Below, in pieces: positions 13,769-26,208 of a stretch of 64,000 nucleotides of DNA. A program made the position numbers and the translations under genes. This DNA comes from Nageia nagi (lineage: Eukaryota; Plantae; Pinophyta). Within the stretch, counting starts at the first letter, position 1; each line of letters starts with the position of its first letter. The DNA is taken from the NCBI GenBank assembly GCA_050084985.1, contig JBITNC010000001.1:153078001-153142000 (forward strand), given 5' to 3'. The notes below the pieces were generated by a model. That model was given only the letters and a program-made list of their open reading frames with translations, was not told where the DNA came from and did no database searches.

Positions 13769-16700
13769 TACTCCCCTTTAAAGGTGAGAGGGATGACTAG
13801 GTAGTCTTTTAGCTTTACAAACTAACATGTAGCAACATATTTGGTGAATAAGTCAACCATATTATCCTTAGTGTTGTAGTTCAACAACTCTCTTCTCAAC
13901 CATATCTCAGATGAAGTGATACTTCATATCAAAATATTTATATCTAGAATGGTGCACAAGGTTCTTTGCCAATTAGATGGCACTCTTGTTATCACTATAT
14001 AGGGTGGTTGCATCATTTTTCTTTTCTCCAATCACCTTAAGCAATTTTTGTAACCATAAGGCTTGTGCACTAGTAGTAGTGATGTAATGTACTTAGTTTT
14101 AGTGGAGGATAGAGAAATAATTGTTTGTTTCTAGGAAGACCATGTAAAAAGTCCAGATTTAAGGCTGAAATAGTTGCCAGAAGTAGACTTTTGATCATCA
14201 TTACTCTTACCCCAATCACTATCACTATACCCAACAAGTTTCATAGCTTTGTTCTTGATGTAATAGATCCCAAAATCTTGTATTCATTTCACATATATCT
14301 AAGTTCTCTTTGCTACCTTTAAATAGATTTTTGAAGGAGCACTCATGTACCTAGACACAATTGAGATAACATGATAGATATCAAGCTGAGAATTTGTTAG
14401 GAACATCAAGCTCCTAACTAGACTTTTATAGGTGTGCACATTAGATTTAGTAGCCCTATCTTCTTTAGTTAAGTGCTCTCCAAGTGTAATAGGAGTGATA
14501 ATAATTATATAATCATCCATACCAAACTTATGTGACAAATCATTAGCATGCTTGCTTTGAGCAATAAAAATTTGACTATCATCTTGATAAACCTCCAAAC
14601 CCAAAAAATAGTGCATAATACCAAGATCCTTCATCTCAAATTCCTACATCATGGAGTGTTTGAAAGCATCAATTAATATAGGATTTTTACTCATGTAAAT
14701 AAGATCATCAACATAAATATAAGCAAGAAAAATATTAGTAACATCATGTTTATAGTAGAGAGTTGGTTTACTCTTGCTTCTTGTTAACCCATAATTCTTG
14801 AAATACCCATCTATCCATGAGTACCAAGCCCATGGGACTTGCTTGAGGCTATACAAAGCCTTTTCAACTTGTAAAAATGATGTTCTTTAGCCATCTCTTC
14901 AAAACCTTGGGGCTAAGCAACAAACACTTCTTCATCAAGGTACCAATTCAGGAATGCACTCTTGACATCCAAGTGGTACACCTTCCAACCTTTATGAGTA
15001 GCAATGGAGAGAACTATTCTTATGGTTTCTTATCTAGAAGTAGGAGCAGAGGTATACTCATAGTCAATGCCATATATCTATGTGAAGGCTTTGGCCACAG
15101 CCTAGCCTTGTGTCTCTCAACAATTTCATTAGCATTAAACTTTCTTTTATAGACCCATTTGGAGCTTATAACCCTTTTCTTATTTGGAAGCTAAACTAGC
15201 TTCCACGTGTCATTTTTCTCAATGGAGTGCATCTCCTCTTCCATGGCCTTCATACAAACATCATTAATACAAGAAGGTGCTGAATAAACAAAATCTAACA
15301 ATGAAAAACTAGCCAATTCACCCTTTGGTTCACCATCCAACTCATCATCATGTGAATGGAGATTTTCAAGTCTTTTAATTACTTGATCTACTTCTTTTTC
15401 TTGTCCTCTTATAAATTTGTTTCAAAATTTTGGATCTAACATTTGATAAGGAGGGTGATTTGTAAGTGTTCTATTACCTCTTACTTTACCATTTTTACTT
15501 ATAGATGCATCACTATCACTTGGAACATCTTTGGGCTACACTTGTATGGGCTTTTATGGACTATTTGATGTTTAGGGCTGCACATTTTGTTGGTTAGGAT
15601 GAATAGTAGACTATACATTAAAAGAGCTTCCATCAAAGGATCCATCATCAACAAGCTATTTTTGATGATCCCATGCTCTCCCTTAATCAAAAATAACATC
15701 TCTAGAAATAACAACTTTGTGAGTTGTGGGATTGTACAGTCTATACACTTTTCTTAATTCACAATAACCAATAAAAATGTAAGTCTCACTCTTTAGATCT
15801 AAATTTTTTCTTTGTTCCTTTGGAACATGTACATAAGCCAATGAACCAAACACTCCAAAATGATTCACATTTGGTCTTTTCTCATACCATTCCTCAAAAG
15901 GAATTATGCCATCCAAACTATAGGTTGGACATCTATTTAAAATATACATTGATATCTTGATATCTTTAACCTAATAAATATTGTTGAATACTTTAGTTTG
16001 GAGCATGCTTCTTGCCATATTGGATAAAGTTTTATTCTTACATTTAGCTACACCATTTTTTTGTGGACCGTAGGTAGAAGTGAATTGCCTTTTCACACCA
16101 TAATCTTTACAATATTGCAAGATTTCATGACTACAAAACTCCCCCCTCTATTTGTTCTTAAACATTTCAAATAGTACCCACTTTGCTTTTTGATGTTATT
16201 CTTGAGCTCCTTAAACTATGCAAAAGGTTCATCCTTGTACTTTAGAAAGTAAATCCAACACATTCTTGTATAGTCATTAATGAAGGTAAGGAAATAAATA
16301 CTTTTACCAATACTTAGAGTTTGCATTAGCCCACATATGTCATTATGTACCAATTGGAGGGGGTAAAATGCTCTCCATGCTTGACTTTTTGGGAAGTTTG
16401 ATCTTGAATTCTTGCCTGTATCACATCTGACATATACTTCTTTATGATCTTGGACCTTGCTCATCCATACACCATTTGATTCGAGACCTAGCTTTTAAAA
16501 CTTGCAAAGTTGAGATGCCCATATCTCATATGCCAAAGCCAACTCTTATTATCAATAGCAACATTAGAAAAATTTGAGTTTTTTTCACCAAATTTAAGAG
16601 GAAATAACCTATTCTTTTTCATTACAATAATGGTGACATGTTTATGCCCTTGATCTTATAAAAAAATCATACATTTTTTATCTTCAAACACAAGTTTGTA

Positions 16701-18007
16701 GTTCTTTTCCATCATTTTCCCCACACTTAACAAATTATATCTCAATTTTGGAATGAAATATACATCATTTACCTTCTTGTTACCTTTATTTTTGGACACC
16801 TCCATAGCTCCCATGCCTTCAACTTTAATAGCTTTATCATATCCATGTGTGATTTGGTACTTGTAGGAGTCATCTATAGAAATAAATTAATCTCCCTTAT
16901 CGATCATATGGTTGGAGCAACTGGTGTCAAGGATCCATCTATCATGTTGCTTTTGGGTTGAGTGAGCATAAGATAAAAAGAGGATGGAGGATGTATCCTC
17001 CTCACCATAGTTGGCACTTTGGACCCCTTCTTGAGAAGCCTTCAATCTACATTGTCTCTCATAGTGTCCATACTTGTTATAGTAGTAACATTCCTTTTCT
17101 CTTTTATCACCTCTTGGAGAATCACCTATTCCTCTTCCTTGGAATCCTCCTGTACCTTGGAATCCACCTCTCCTTTCTCTTTCTCTTCCTCTTCCTCTAG
17201 AATATCTACCTCTTCCTTTACCTTGAGCTCCCCCTTGAACATTAGTTTCACCTTCTCTAGAATTGAAATCCTTCTCTTCCACACTTCCAACATTGGAAGG
17301 TGGGGAAAGCCTTTCCTCATATGAAATTAATGAACCAAGGAGCTAATCAAGAGTAAGGGTGCTAAGATCTTTGGTCTCTTCAAATATGATAGTAATTTGG
17401 CTCCATTTAGGAAGAAGTGTTCTTAATACTTTCTTCACTATAATAGAATTTGTGATCTCCTCTCCAAGTGTCTCAATCATTTGGATAGAAGTATTCACTC
17501 TTACAAAATACTCTCCAACTTTCCCATCCTCTTTTTGCTTCAAATTTTCAAACTCTATTTTTAAAGTGTGAAGCCTTACTTGGTCATTGCCTTAGAACCC
17601 ATCTTTCAATACCTTCAATGCATACTTTTTTGTATTGCAACTTGCAATCCTTGGGTAGAGCCTCTTTTCTAAGGTTGATTAGAGATGGTAGATAGCAAAG
17701 GAATTCTTATTTTGATCCTCTCTTTTAGCAAGACTATCAACTTGAGAAAGTGTGGCCTAATCTGGTTCCACATAGTCATCTTTAATGAGTAAGTGCTTCA
17801 TGTTTAGTACCCAATATTCATAGTCCTCACTATTGAAGTCTACTATGGGAATAGAATTCACTCTAGAAGCTATCTCACTCACTCCAACAAGCTCAACAAC
17901 AAACTATAGGCCTATCTGGATCACTTTTTGCAGACCTCGCTAAGTTTTTGCAAAGTACCCATAGCCTCTTCAAACTCAACTTAGATCAACTACCTCTGAT
18001 GCCAATA

Positions 18008-18454
18008 TGAAATAATATTCAAGAATTTAACACTCACTAACATGATTCAATTATCTAATCAAAAGTACAATTTATAGGACATTAATGAGTAACTAATATA
18101 AGCTCATAAAGGTTACAAGTTTGACCAAAAATGAATGCTATGGATAGTTACACAAATCCACTAAGAATTTATTAAAATTAGCTAAATGGGAGTTACATAC
18201 ATTTTCTATACCACTTTCCCATCATCCTAGACAAGAAAAATACCTTACATGAATGTGTAATAAAGAAAAATTGGCCAAAATAAAATAAATATTTGTAACT
18301 ATCTAGAATACTAACAAAACATGAATGGTCTTCAAAAATGCAACTACATTTTGAAAATGCAATGGGTTGGCAAAAAATGCAATTGCATTTTAGCAGATGA
18401 TGAAACACGACCACATTTCATTCTAGAAGATTTTCAAAACTCAAAGCTCCAACA
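18008..18454 (-). repeat. Copia 5' LTR (447 bp)
   Basis: TG...CA ends, adjacent to the PBS; ~14 bp longer than the 3' LTR. Confidence 0.9.
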
Positions 18455-21400
18455 AGAGATAACATTGCATGGTTCACCAAAATTTTTGATTTCCTACCCA
18501 ACATAATACTCAATACAATGAGTACTTCTTAGGTGTATAGGTATTTGAAGCTAGTAATAATAAGGTTCATTGGTACCACCTTGAATCTTTCCTCATATTG
18601 GTCTACCAAAAATCCCATGAATTCATCATAATCAATAGTTGAGCATTTGTATTTCTATCCCTCAATATTTACAACCCTTAAATCATTGGTAGTATAACTC
18701 TTTGGCATTGAAAAGGCCTCATTGATAGATTTTATAGAGTAATTAATGAAAATTGTGTCTCCTTGTAGAGAATAGCCCATTACTTGGGTGGATTTATATC
18801 ACATTCTCTTAGTCATTTGATCTACTAGCTCTAAATAACTAAATGCATAGAAATGAATATAGTATGCCAAACTAGAATGAATGATGGAAACATATTTTAG
18901 TCCATAATTTACTTTCATATTTCCAAAAGCAATTTAATATGCATTACTCACATCCATTATCCATGTATCTAACTTTTCCTGCTTTAATAATTGTGGTGTT
19001 CCTTCATTGTAACCATAATTTCTTGTTCATATATATAGCAATAAACATAATAAGGATGATAATAAACTATAATTAGAATGATGATAAATTCTATGGAAAA
19101 ATGATAGTAGTATGAATCTTGCATAGAAAACCTTATGATACCCTAAAGACCAAAAGGGAAATAGTACATCATAGATATGCATGAAAGGTCATTTATTTCC
19201 CTAAGAAATAAAAGTATGATAAAAATAATCTAATTAAATGAATAAACATGATATTAAATCAGTTATAAATTATAACTAACTCTTGAAATAATGGTTAACT
19301 CAAGGAGGTGATTAGTAAGTACATGATGTCATCATAGGGTTGCCATGATAGATCTTTTGATGCCCCCAAGAACAAATTAGGTAAGATATGATAAGATAAG
19401 ATAATAGACATAATAAAATTGATATTTAAATTTTTTATTATTAAATAACATGAAATTATATTATTTAATGATATTTGAGAAATTTTAACAAGAACAAGTT
19501 CATATGTCTAATTTTTTACCCTTTTTGCCACCTTAGACATGAAATGCCCCTTTACGATGTCAAAGGAAAACAAAGGTATTTCATTTAGAATTTTTTAATT
19601 TCATATATTTTATTTTATTTCGCATTACCAAAGGAATAAAAATAAATAAATAAACTTAGAAATGAAGAAATAAAAGAGAACCTGTATATGACTATTATGT
19701 TGTCCCTCTTATTACGATAAAAAAATTACATAAAGTTTAATTTTGTTTCAAATTATATTTTTTAAGCTTTTTCATTTTATTTTTAGTTGTGAATAGATTA
19801 TTACATTATTCTTAGAAGATATCCTAATACATTTTTTTATCATTTTTTATTATTGAAAATAGAATTTTATTTTTTTAATTTAAAAACTCACCTTTTTGAG
19901 ATAAGATTGACCTGAGAGGCATATTAAACATATTAGGAATCATATAAATTTTTTTTGACCTAAGTATTACTCAAAACTAGTATTTATGGTGGTCCTACAT
20001 TAAGGCACAAGATCCATGGTGATCCTATTTATGATCATGAATATGTTGAAACATGCCCCAAGGAATCCTTTCACCATTGTTATGTTGATTTTATTTTATT
20101 TTTAATTTTTAACTCTTATTCTATTTTTTTAATTATGATGATTTCTATATTGAAAAAAATTTCTTTATTATAATTGTTCATGGATAAAAATATAAATTTT
20201 GTATCCCAATTTTTTATAAAATGAAAAAATAAACAATTTGGATGGAATCTTGAAGCTAATTAATACCACCAAAAATTTGATTTAAACTTGAAATTATTGA
20301 AAAATAATATTTATATAAGTCTTAAAAACCTCAAAAGAACCAATGTAGCTCCTAGTTTTAGCTAAGAAATTATTAAAACTAAAACTTGCTCTAATTGTTA
20401 TGGGAAGAACCTTGATACTATTTTTATTATTTTGAATTATACTATTAAGTTATGGTATTATTATATATAAAACCTCTTGAGGTGCATTATATTAATTTAT
20501 TTGGTGTGAAAGTTACCCCCCCATGATGGGAATCTTGTATAAACCTAATCAAAACTTTTTTGTTATAATTGTAAGGTGTAGCAAATATGGTTCAAACTTC
20601 TCTTTGAGTTCTCTTTTTACATTAGTCTTTTTTCTAATTTTTCATTAATAATAAATCAAGTACTTGTAACTCTTTTTATTTTTTATTAGCATATTCTCTC
20701 TTGGCTATATTAAAATAAGTTTTTATATATTATATGATATTGATCCTTATTTCTTAAATTTGTTCTAATTAATATTTCAATCTTGATTTTCTTTCTTCAT
20801 CCATAATTATAGCTTGAAGAGATACTCTCAATGAAATAAAATAAAATAAAATTAATGCATCAGTACTTATGATTTTTTACAATTATTTTTGAAATAATAC
20901 TAATAATATTTTTGAAGTATTCCACTTTATCATTAACTTGAATATAATAAGGAGTTAGAATCCCTTTCTCAATATGAAAATTTATATAGAAAGATTTAAT
21001 TTCCTTTCTAAATTTGTTCCATTGTTCATGAAAAGTTGGGAAGGGATGTACCAAACCTTGAAATGATAGTTTTCATGATGAAATTTATGGTCTTGTCTAA
21101 TACATTACCCTATCATTCTTGATACCAAAGGGTGTAACCATTTATAAAAGGGTAACTCATAGTGTGATAAATAATATCTTATATTGATCTCTTTGAGTGA
21201 TTTTGATTTGATTATAGTTTGAAAATCCATCTATGAATGATAAAATATTATATCTTATTATAGATAATTTAATCATATATATGATTAAAAGTGGAAAATT
21301 AATTTTGGATTACATTTTATTGATATATCTAAAATATGCACATATTCTTATTTCTCCACTAGGCATAGTTTAAAGAACAATATTAGAGATTAATGAGGAA

Positions 21401-23554
21401 TAGTCAATTTCCCTAATAAAGTTAGCTTTAGGATAATTTTCTATATTATTTTTACTAATAGAGAAAATTTTAGATGAATTATTATTAATTTTTAATTTAT
21501 AAACTTAGCATCATCATGAACCATAAGATTATGAATGATAATTTATTTATCTAAATTGGCATAAGATCGTAAGAATAAGAAAAAATATTTGAAATTTATA
21601 TTAGGTGTTCTTTGTACTTATCTTATAAATCATTTGAAATCCATGATTCTACATTTATTAGCCTTGTTTTTTTCTCATTTATAATTTTTATCTTAATTAT
21701 ATCCTCATTTGATAATGTGGACTCATCGCTTGATAATGTTATGGTAGGTAGCACTCCTTAACCTACAATAAAGATATTATATGTTAGCCACTATCTCCTA
21801 TACCTACCTACTACTAAATAGAGATACAATAAATATAACATAGTAGGTATGAATATTCTATGTATTGGTTTCCAAATTCTTTGGCTATAGTCATGTAACA
21901 TCTTTTATTATCTTGGACTTTCTCATCCTCAAAATAAGCTTGAGAATGAAGTACGTATTCTATTTATATATTTTCACTCATATTTATTTTATCCTAATAA
22001 ACTAAAGCAATGTATTATCACTTGTAAAAATATCTAAATAGATGTAATTAGTATATGAATCACCTTATTGAGTTGGTTACATGTGGACCTTACTGCGTTT
22101 TGAGTCCAATGTTCATTTCCCACCAGCCATTACATACATTGTACTCTGCTATAATTATCGCTTAGATCGCTCTTGGTCTCCCATGGACATTAATAAACTT
22201 TATTTATTTCTTTTCTTTATACCACACTAATTGATATGAAAATCTTATAAAATGAAAAAAAATAATCAATCTCATCATTCTCATCATCTTTGGGATTGTT
22301 GGAATGATATCTTAAACTATTATTTGGATGAGAACATGTTAATTGTTTTATAATATCATTAGGATCTTGTTCATTCATTCCCAAACTAGTGTCCTTGTAG
22401 TTATAAAACCTATCCCAGTAGTTATCAATAAATTTTTCATTTATGGTCATATCATATTTCTCTCAATTATTTTATTGTATTTAATTTTCCTCATTCTTTT
22501 GACTATTTTTTATCCTTTGAAATTGACTTTCAATTAATTTTGACTATCTCTAAGACACCTCAATGTATTCATGAAATTCTTAATCTTAATACAAATTAAA
22601 AATATACTCAAAACATGACTATGGAAATCCTAAACATGCTAGTAGGATCAATTTGATCTTATTTTTAAATAATTTTAGATCCACCAAAATTTTGACTTGA
22701 TTTTGAAATGTTTATATTACTTATATGTTTTAATTCATCAATATGTTATTTGTATTGATTTTTTTATCCTTTTTAATACCTTTGTTATCATGTTTATTGA
22801 TTGATATTGTATGATTTATTTCCCATTATAATGAACCTCAAGTAAGAAATTGAAAATATGTGGAATAAGATGTGTTATAAGATATTTTCCAATTCTTACT
22901 AGATGCAAATATGTTAAGGGATCTTCATATGTAAAATAGTTGTATACTTTTGTTTCATGCTCAAACTTAATACATCTATGAAACATTGATGGACTACTTC
23001 CCATAGCATGGATCCATGGCCTTAATAGAATAAGGTTATAAGATAGACCCCTTTACATAATATAATAATGAGAAATTATGCATAATAGAATTGATATAAC
23101 CATAGTGATTATATTGTATTTATTGGTTTGGTCCATTATTATAGGATTCGTATTATAAATGTTGGCATAGAATATAGGATTTAATATTAGTAATAGTAGA
23201 TAGGGGTATAGTGGTAATCATTATTTCATAATTGAATACCATATTTTTTATTCTCCCTATTTAAGAACATATCTTGAGACCCTTACCTCTCAAAGTGGCC
23301 TTTGAAATTCTACCCTCTTAAAGTGACTTTCATTCTTGACTATTAAATGAAGTGTTTTTATAAATCTATAATTTTTATTATGATGTATAATGTATATTTC
23401 TATTTGGATACTTATTGCAAATTACTAATTTTATACATATGAACAATAAATGCTATGGTTATGAATTTGAATGTGATAGTGGTAAATTTATTTTATTGCT
23501 AAGTTGTTTTAATCCAAATGATATCAAAGTAACAACATGGGTTATTCCCATCCC

Positions 23555-23800
23555 CAAGGAGATAATGCATTAGTAAAATGCTTTGATTGAGCTCTAGAAG
23601 GTCCCAAGTTTAAATTTCTCTTGTTATTCATTTATTTCATAGTTGGGCTATGGTTTTTCTATCATTGGGCTATCCATCTATAGCCACTAGGTAGATGGAG
23701 AAGATATTAAAAGCTCATGCTGTTGGTGATGAGAAGGTTCATAGAATAATTTGGCTCATGATTCAACCCAAACATAATATTTATCATTGGTGATCAATGA
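23555..23800 (+). mobile_element. Possible decayed tRNA-derived SINE
   Basis: Deaminated A-box-like TAATGCATTAG (23563-23573) and B-box-like AGTTTAAATTT (~23607-23617) at Pol III spacing. Locally higher GC. Confidence 0.3.
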
Positions 23801-24759
23801 ATTTGTACAAAAATATCACATATTTACATTATCTCCATAAGTAATATTAAAAATATATTAGCTTAAAAAAATTATCATTTTTAAATTTTTTTTGAATAGA
23901 TAAGGGATTAAAAAAAAGAGTATAAAAATTATTGAAACCACATTAGGATACCTATCTCATTTTGAAATCTTGACAAGTGAATCAATATTATTGGCAAACC
24001 TATTGGTACAACAAAATTTTGAAATCCACATTAAGAGGACTTTATTCTCTTTACCAATATGATCAAAATAGAATTTATTATTAATAAACAGTATTTTTAA
24101 GACTTAATAAAATATATGAAACCTAAAAGCACTCAAAACATGTTAAGGGGATGATAAAGAGATATCAATATGAATCTCTTATCTAGAAAATGAAAAAGGA
24201 AAACAAATATGGTCCATGGTAGAACAAGTCAAGGATAACATTGTAACAATCCTCATAATCAAGAAAATATGAAATGAAATAAAACACCAAAAATTCAAAA
24301 TAAAGTAAAATAACAATAAAAAAAATGGATAATGCACATACTTTGAGTCACCAAACTATAAATGAAGTAAACTTTGATATAACATGAGAAGGATATTAAT
24401 GAAAAGATCATGAACTTCTAAGTAAAAATCAAAAGAGAAATTCAAAATAATTCATTATAAACATAACAAAACCTATGTTGCAAGTATAATCAACTAAATT
24501 CTTAGAATATTTTCAAATTATTTTGTATGCATTTTTTAAGTCCTTCCAATTGTAGTCCAAAGAATATTATGAAAATAATGAAGACCATTGAAGGAGAAGA
24601 GCCATCCATAACAACTATGCAGAACATAATCAAGAGGAAGAGTATCTAAAACAACATAGACACATGCAAATATAGTAACATCAAACTATAATGATTATGA
24701 CATTGAATATAAATTATATATTGATATTGATTTAGATTATTCATTCAATTTTGGTACAT

Positions 24760-26208
24760 AGACAAGTAATATTCTAATACTAAATTTGCCTCGAATCCCA
24801 TTTGTGAGAGAAAATCCTAGAGAGTGGCTAACTAAAATAGAATTGATGAATACATATCATAGAATACCATAACAAGGTAAGGTTTATGTATTAATAATGC
24901 AATTGGATAGTCATGTGCTAAATTATATTTTATAGAAGTTGAAGCACAAAGACAAGAAACCTAGATGTTGGGAATTAAAGAAATTATTTTTTAAAAAGAA
25001 AAATAGAAAAAGGTATTCAACATCTTATGCGATAAGGATTATATAGATTAATAAAAAATATTTAATGGGTAATTAATTTAATGAATTCATGACAACCTTG
25101 AATTTTATGAGGGATATACTTATATATGTTAGTCATAGAACATTCAAAGGTGGATTGAAGGATAAGATTAAGAGGTAAATAAGTCCAAATTATCTTAGAA
25201 CACTCAAGTATGTGAAAATATAGGATGAACTATTATAATAAAATATAAATGGATTAATATTTCAATTAATAAGAGGTGACTACAATATAAGGCCTAATTA
25301 CAGCACAAGGAAAGGGGAAAGAGCTAATGATATATGTCACAAATGTAAAGGAAAATGGAGAAAATTAAATATTCATGATTGAATAATTTTTTAAAATGGA
25401 TATGGATGAAAATAAAAAGATATCTTAAAGAAGAAGTAAATCACAAAAAATAATCTAACTTAAAAGAATAAAAAGAACTAGAAATTTTGATTAATAGTAT
25501 TTAATCTCATGGGTATGAATTATCACAAAATAATTAAGGTACATAGTTTTATAAAAAATGAAAGAGTGATTATGTTAATTGATTCATGTAGTACTCATAA
25601 TTTTATTAATATAGATGTATCAAATAAATTGAGACTATATTTGCATCAAGAAGAAATATTTAATTTATTAATTACATTAATGGTTTAAAAGCAACAATGT
25701 ATGTAGAAAAGGTTTCCAATGTAAGGCTTATATTAGATAATTATACATGGAGATCATGGATTTATATGAAGTAGATCTTATTTTCAATTCTACATGAATG
25801 GATTAATTAGGAGATATTACCATTAACTTTAAGAATTTATATGTGCAATGAACCAAAACTTGAAAATAAATTCAACTCTAATTATTTCTATTATCTCTAG
25901 AAATAGTGGTAAGTTCATACCAAATGGAAAATCTACTTACAATGATAAGAAGAGAAGTTGCAAAAAAAAGTTTTCAATGGAGATCAAGGAAAATATAAAA
26001 TAATTAGGTAAAAATTAAAAAAATGATAAGTATGAAAAGATATTTTAGGAATTAAAATAAATCCTCTAAATTAGAGCTCATGATCATCCAATCAAATTAT
26101 TTTTGAGAATTCATCCACACAATATTAGTCCATATAGATATACTCAACCAAAAAAAAAAGAGATTGAGAAGTTGGTACATGAAATGTTAGAGAAAGGTAT
26201 AATTCATT
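24760..26208 (+). mobile_element. Degenerate Ty3/gypsy (Reina-like) gag-protease-RT start, cut by LTR copy B
   Basis: CHKCKGKW knuckle-like remnant (~25335), protease LIDSCSTHNFI (~25576-25608) and RT start NISPYRY...EIEKLVHEMLEKGII, ending abruptly at 26208. Confidence 0.75.

Larger units (their letters stand above)
13336..18454 (-). mobile_element. Full-length decayed Ty1/copia LTR retrotransposon
   Basis: Two LTRs (13336-13768, 18008-18454), PBS TGGCATCAGAG at 17994-18004 and PPT at ~13771-13780. Gag zinc knuckle CYYYNKYGHYERQC, protease WILDTSCSNHM, integrase [22 protein letters not shown] and YVDDLIY, in copia domain order. Confidence 0.95.
10388..22500 (-). mobile_element. Highly degenerate non-chromovirus Ty3/gypsy (Athila/Tat-like): pol remnants at ~20400-21500 plus large 3' extra ORF at ~10400-19000, interrupted by a copia element
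   Basis: Integrase-like TPYYIQVNDKVE (ORF 20860-21054) and RT-like ILSFIDGFSNYNQIKI (~21205-21250). Extra-ORF remnant GYWYLMKIRMIILIYGFSYTPLIFPKYV (~12895-12980). 10388-19150, minus the copia, is collinear with 56255-60140. Confidence 0.7.
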
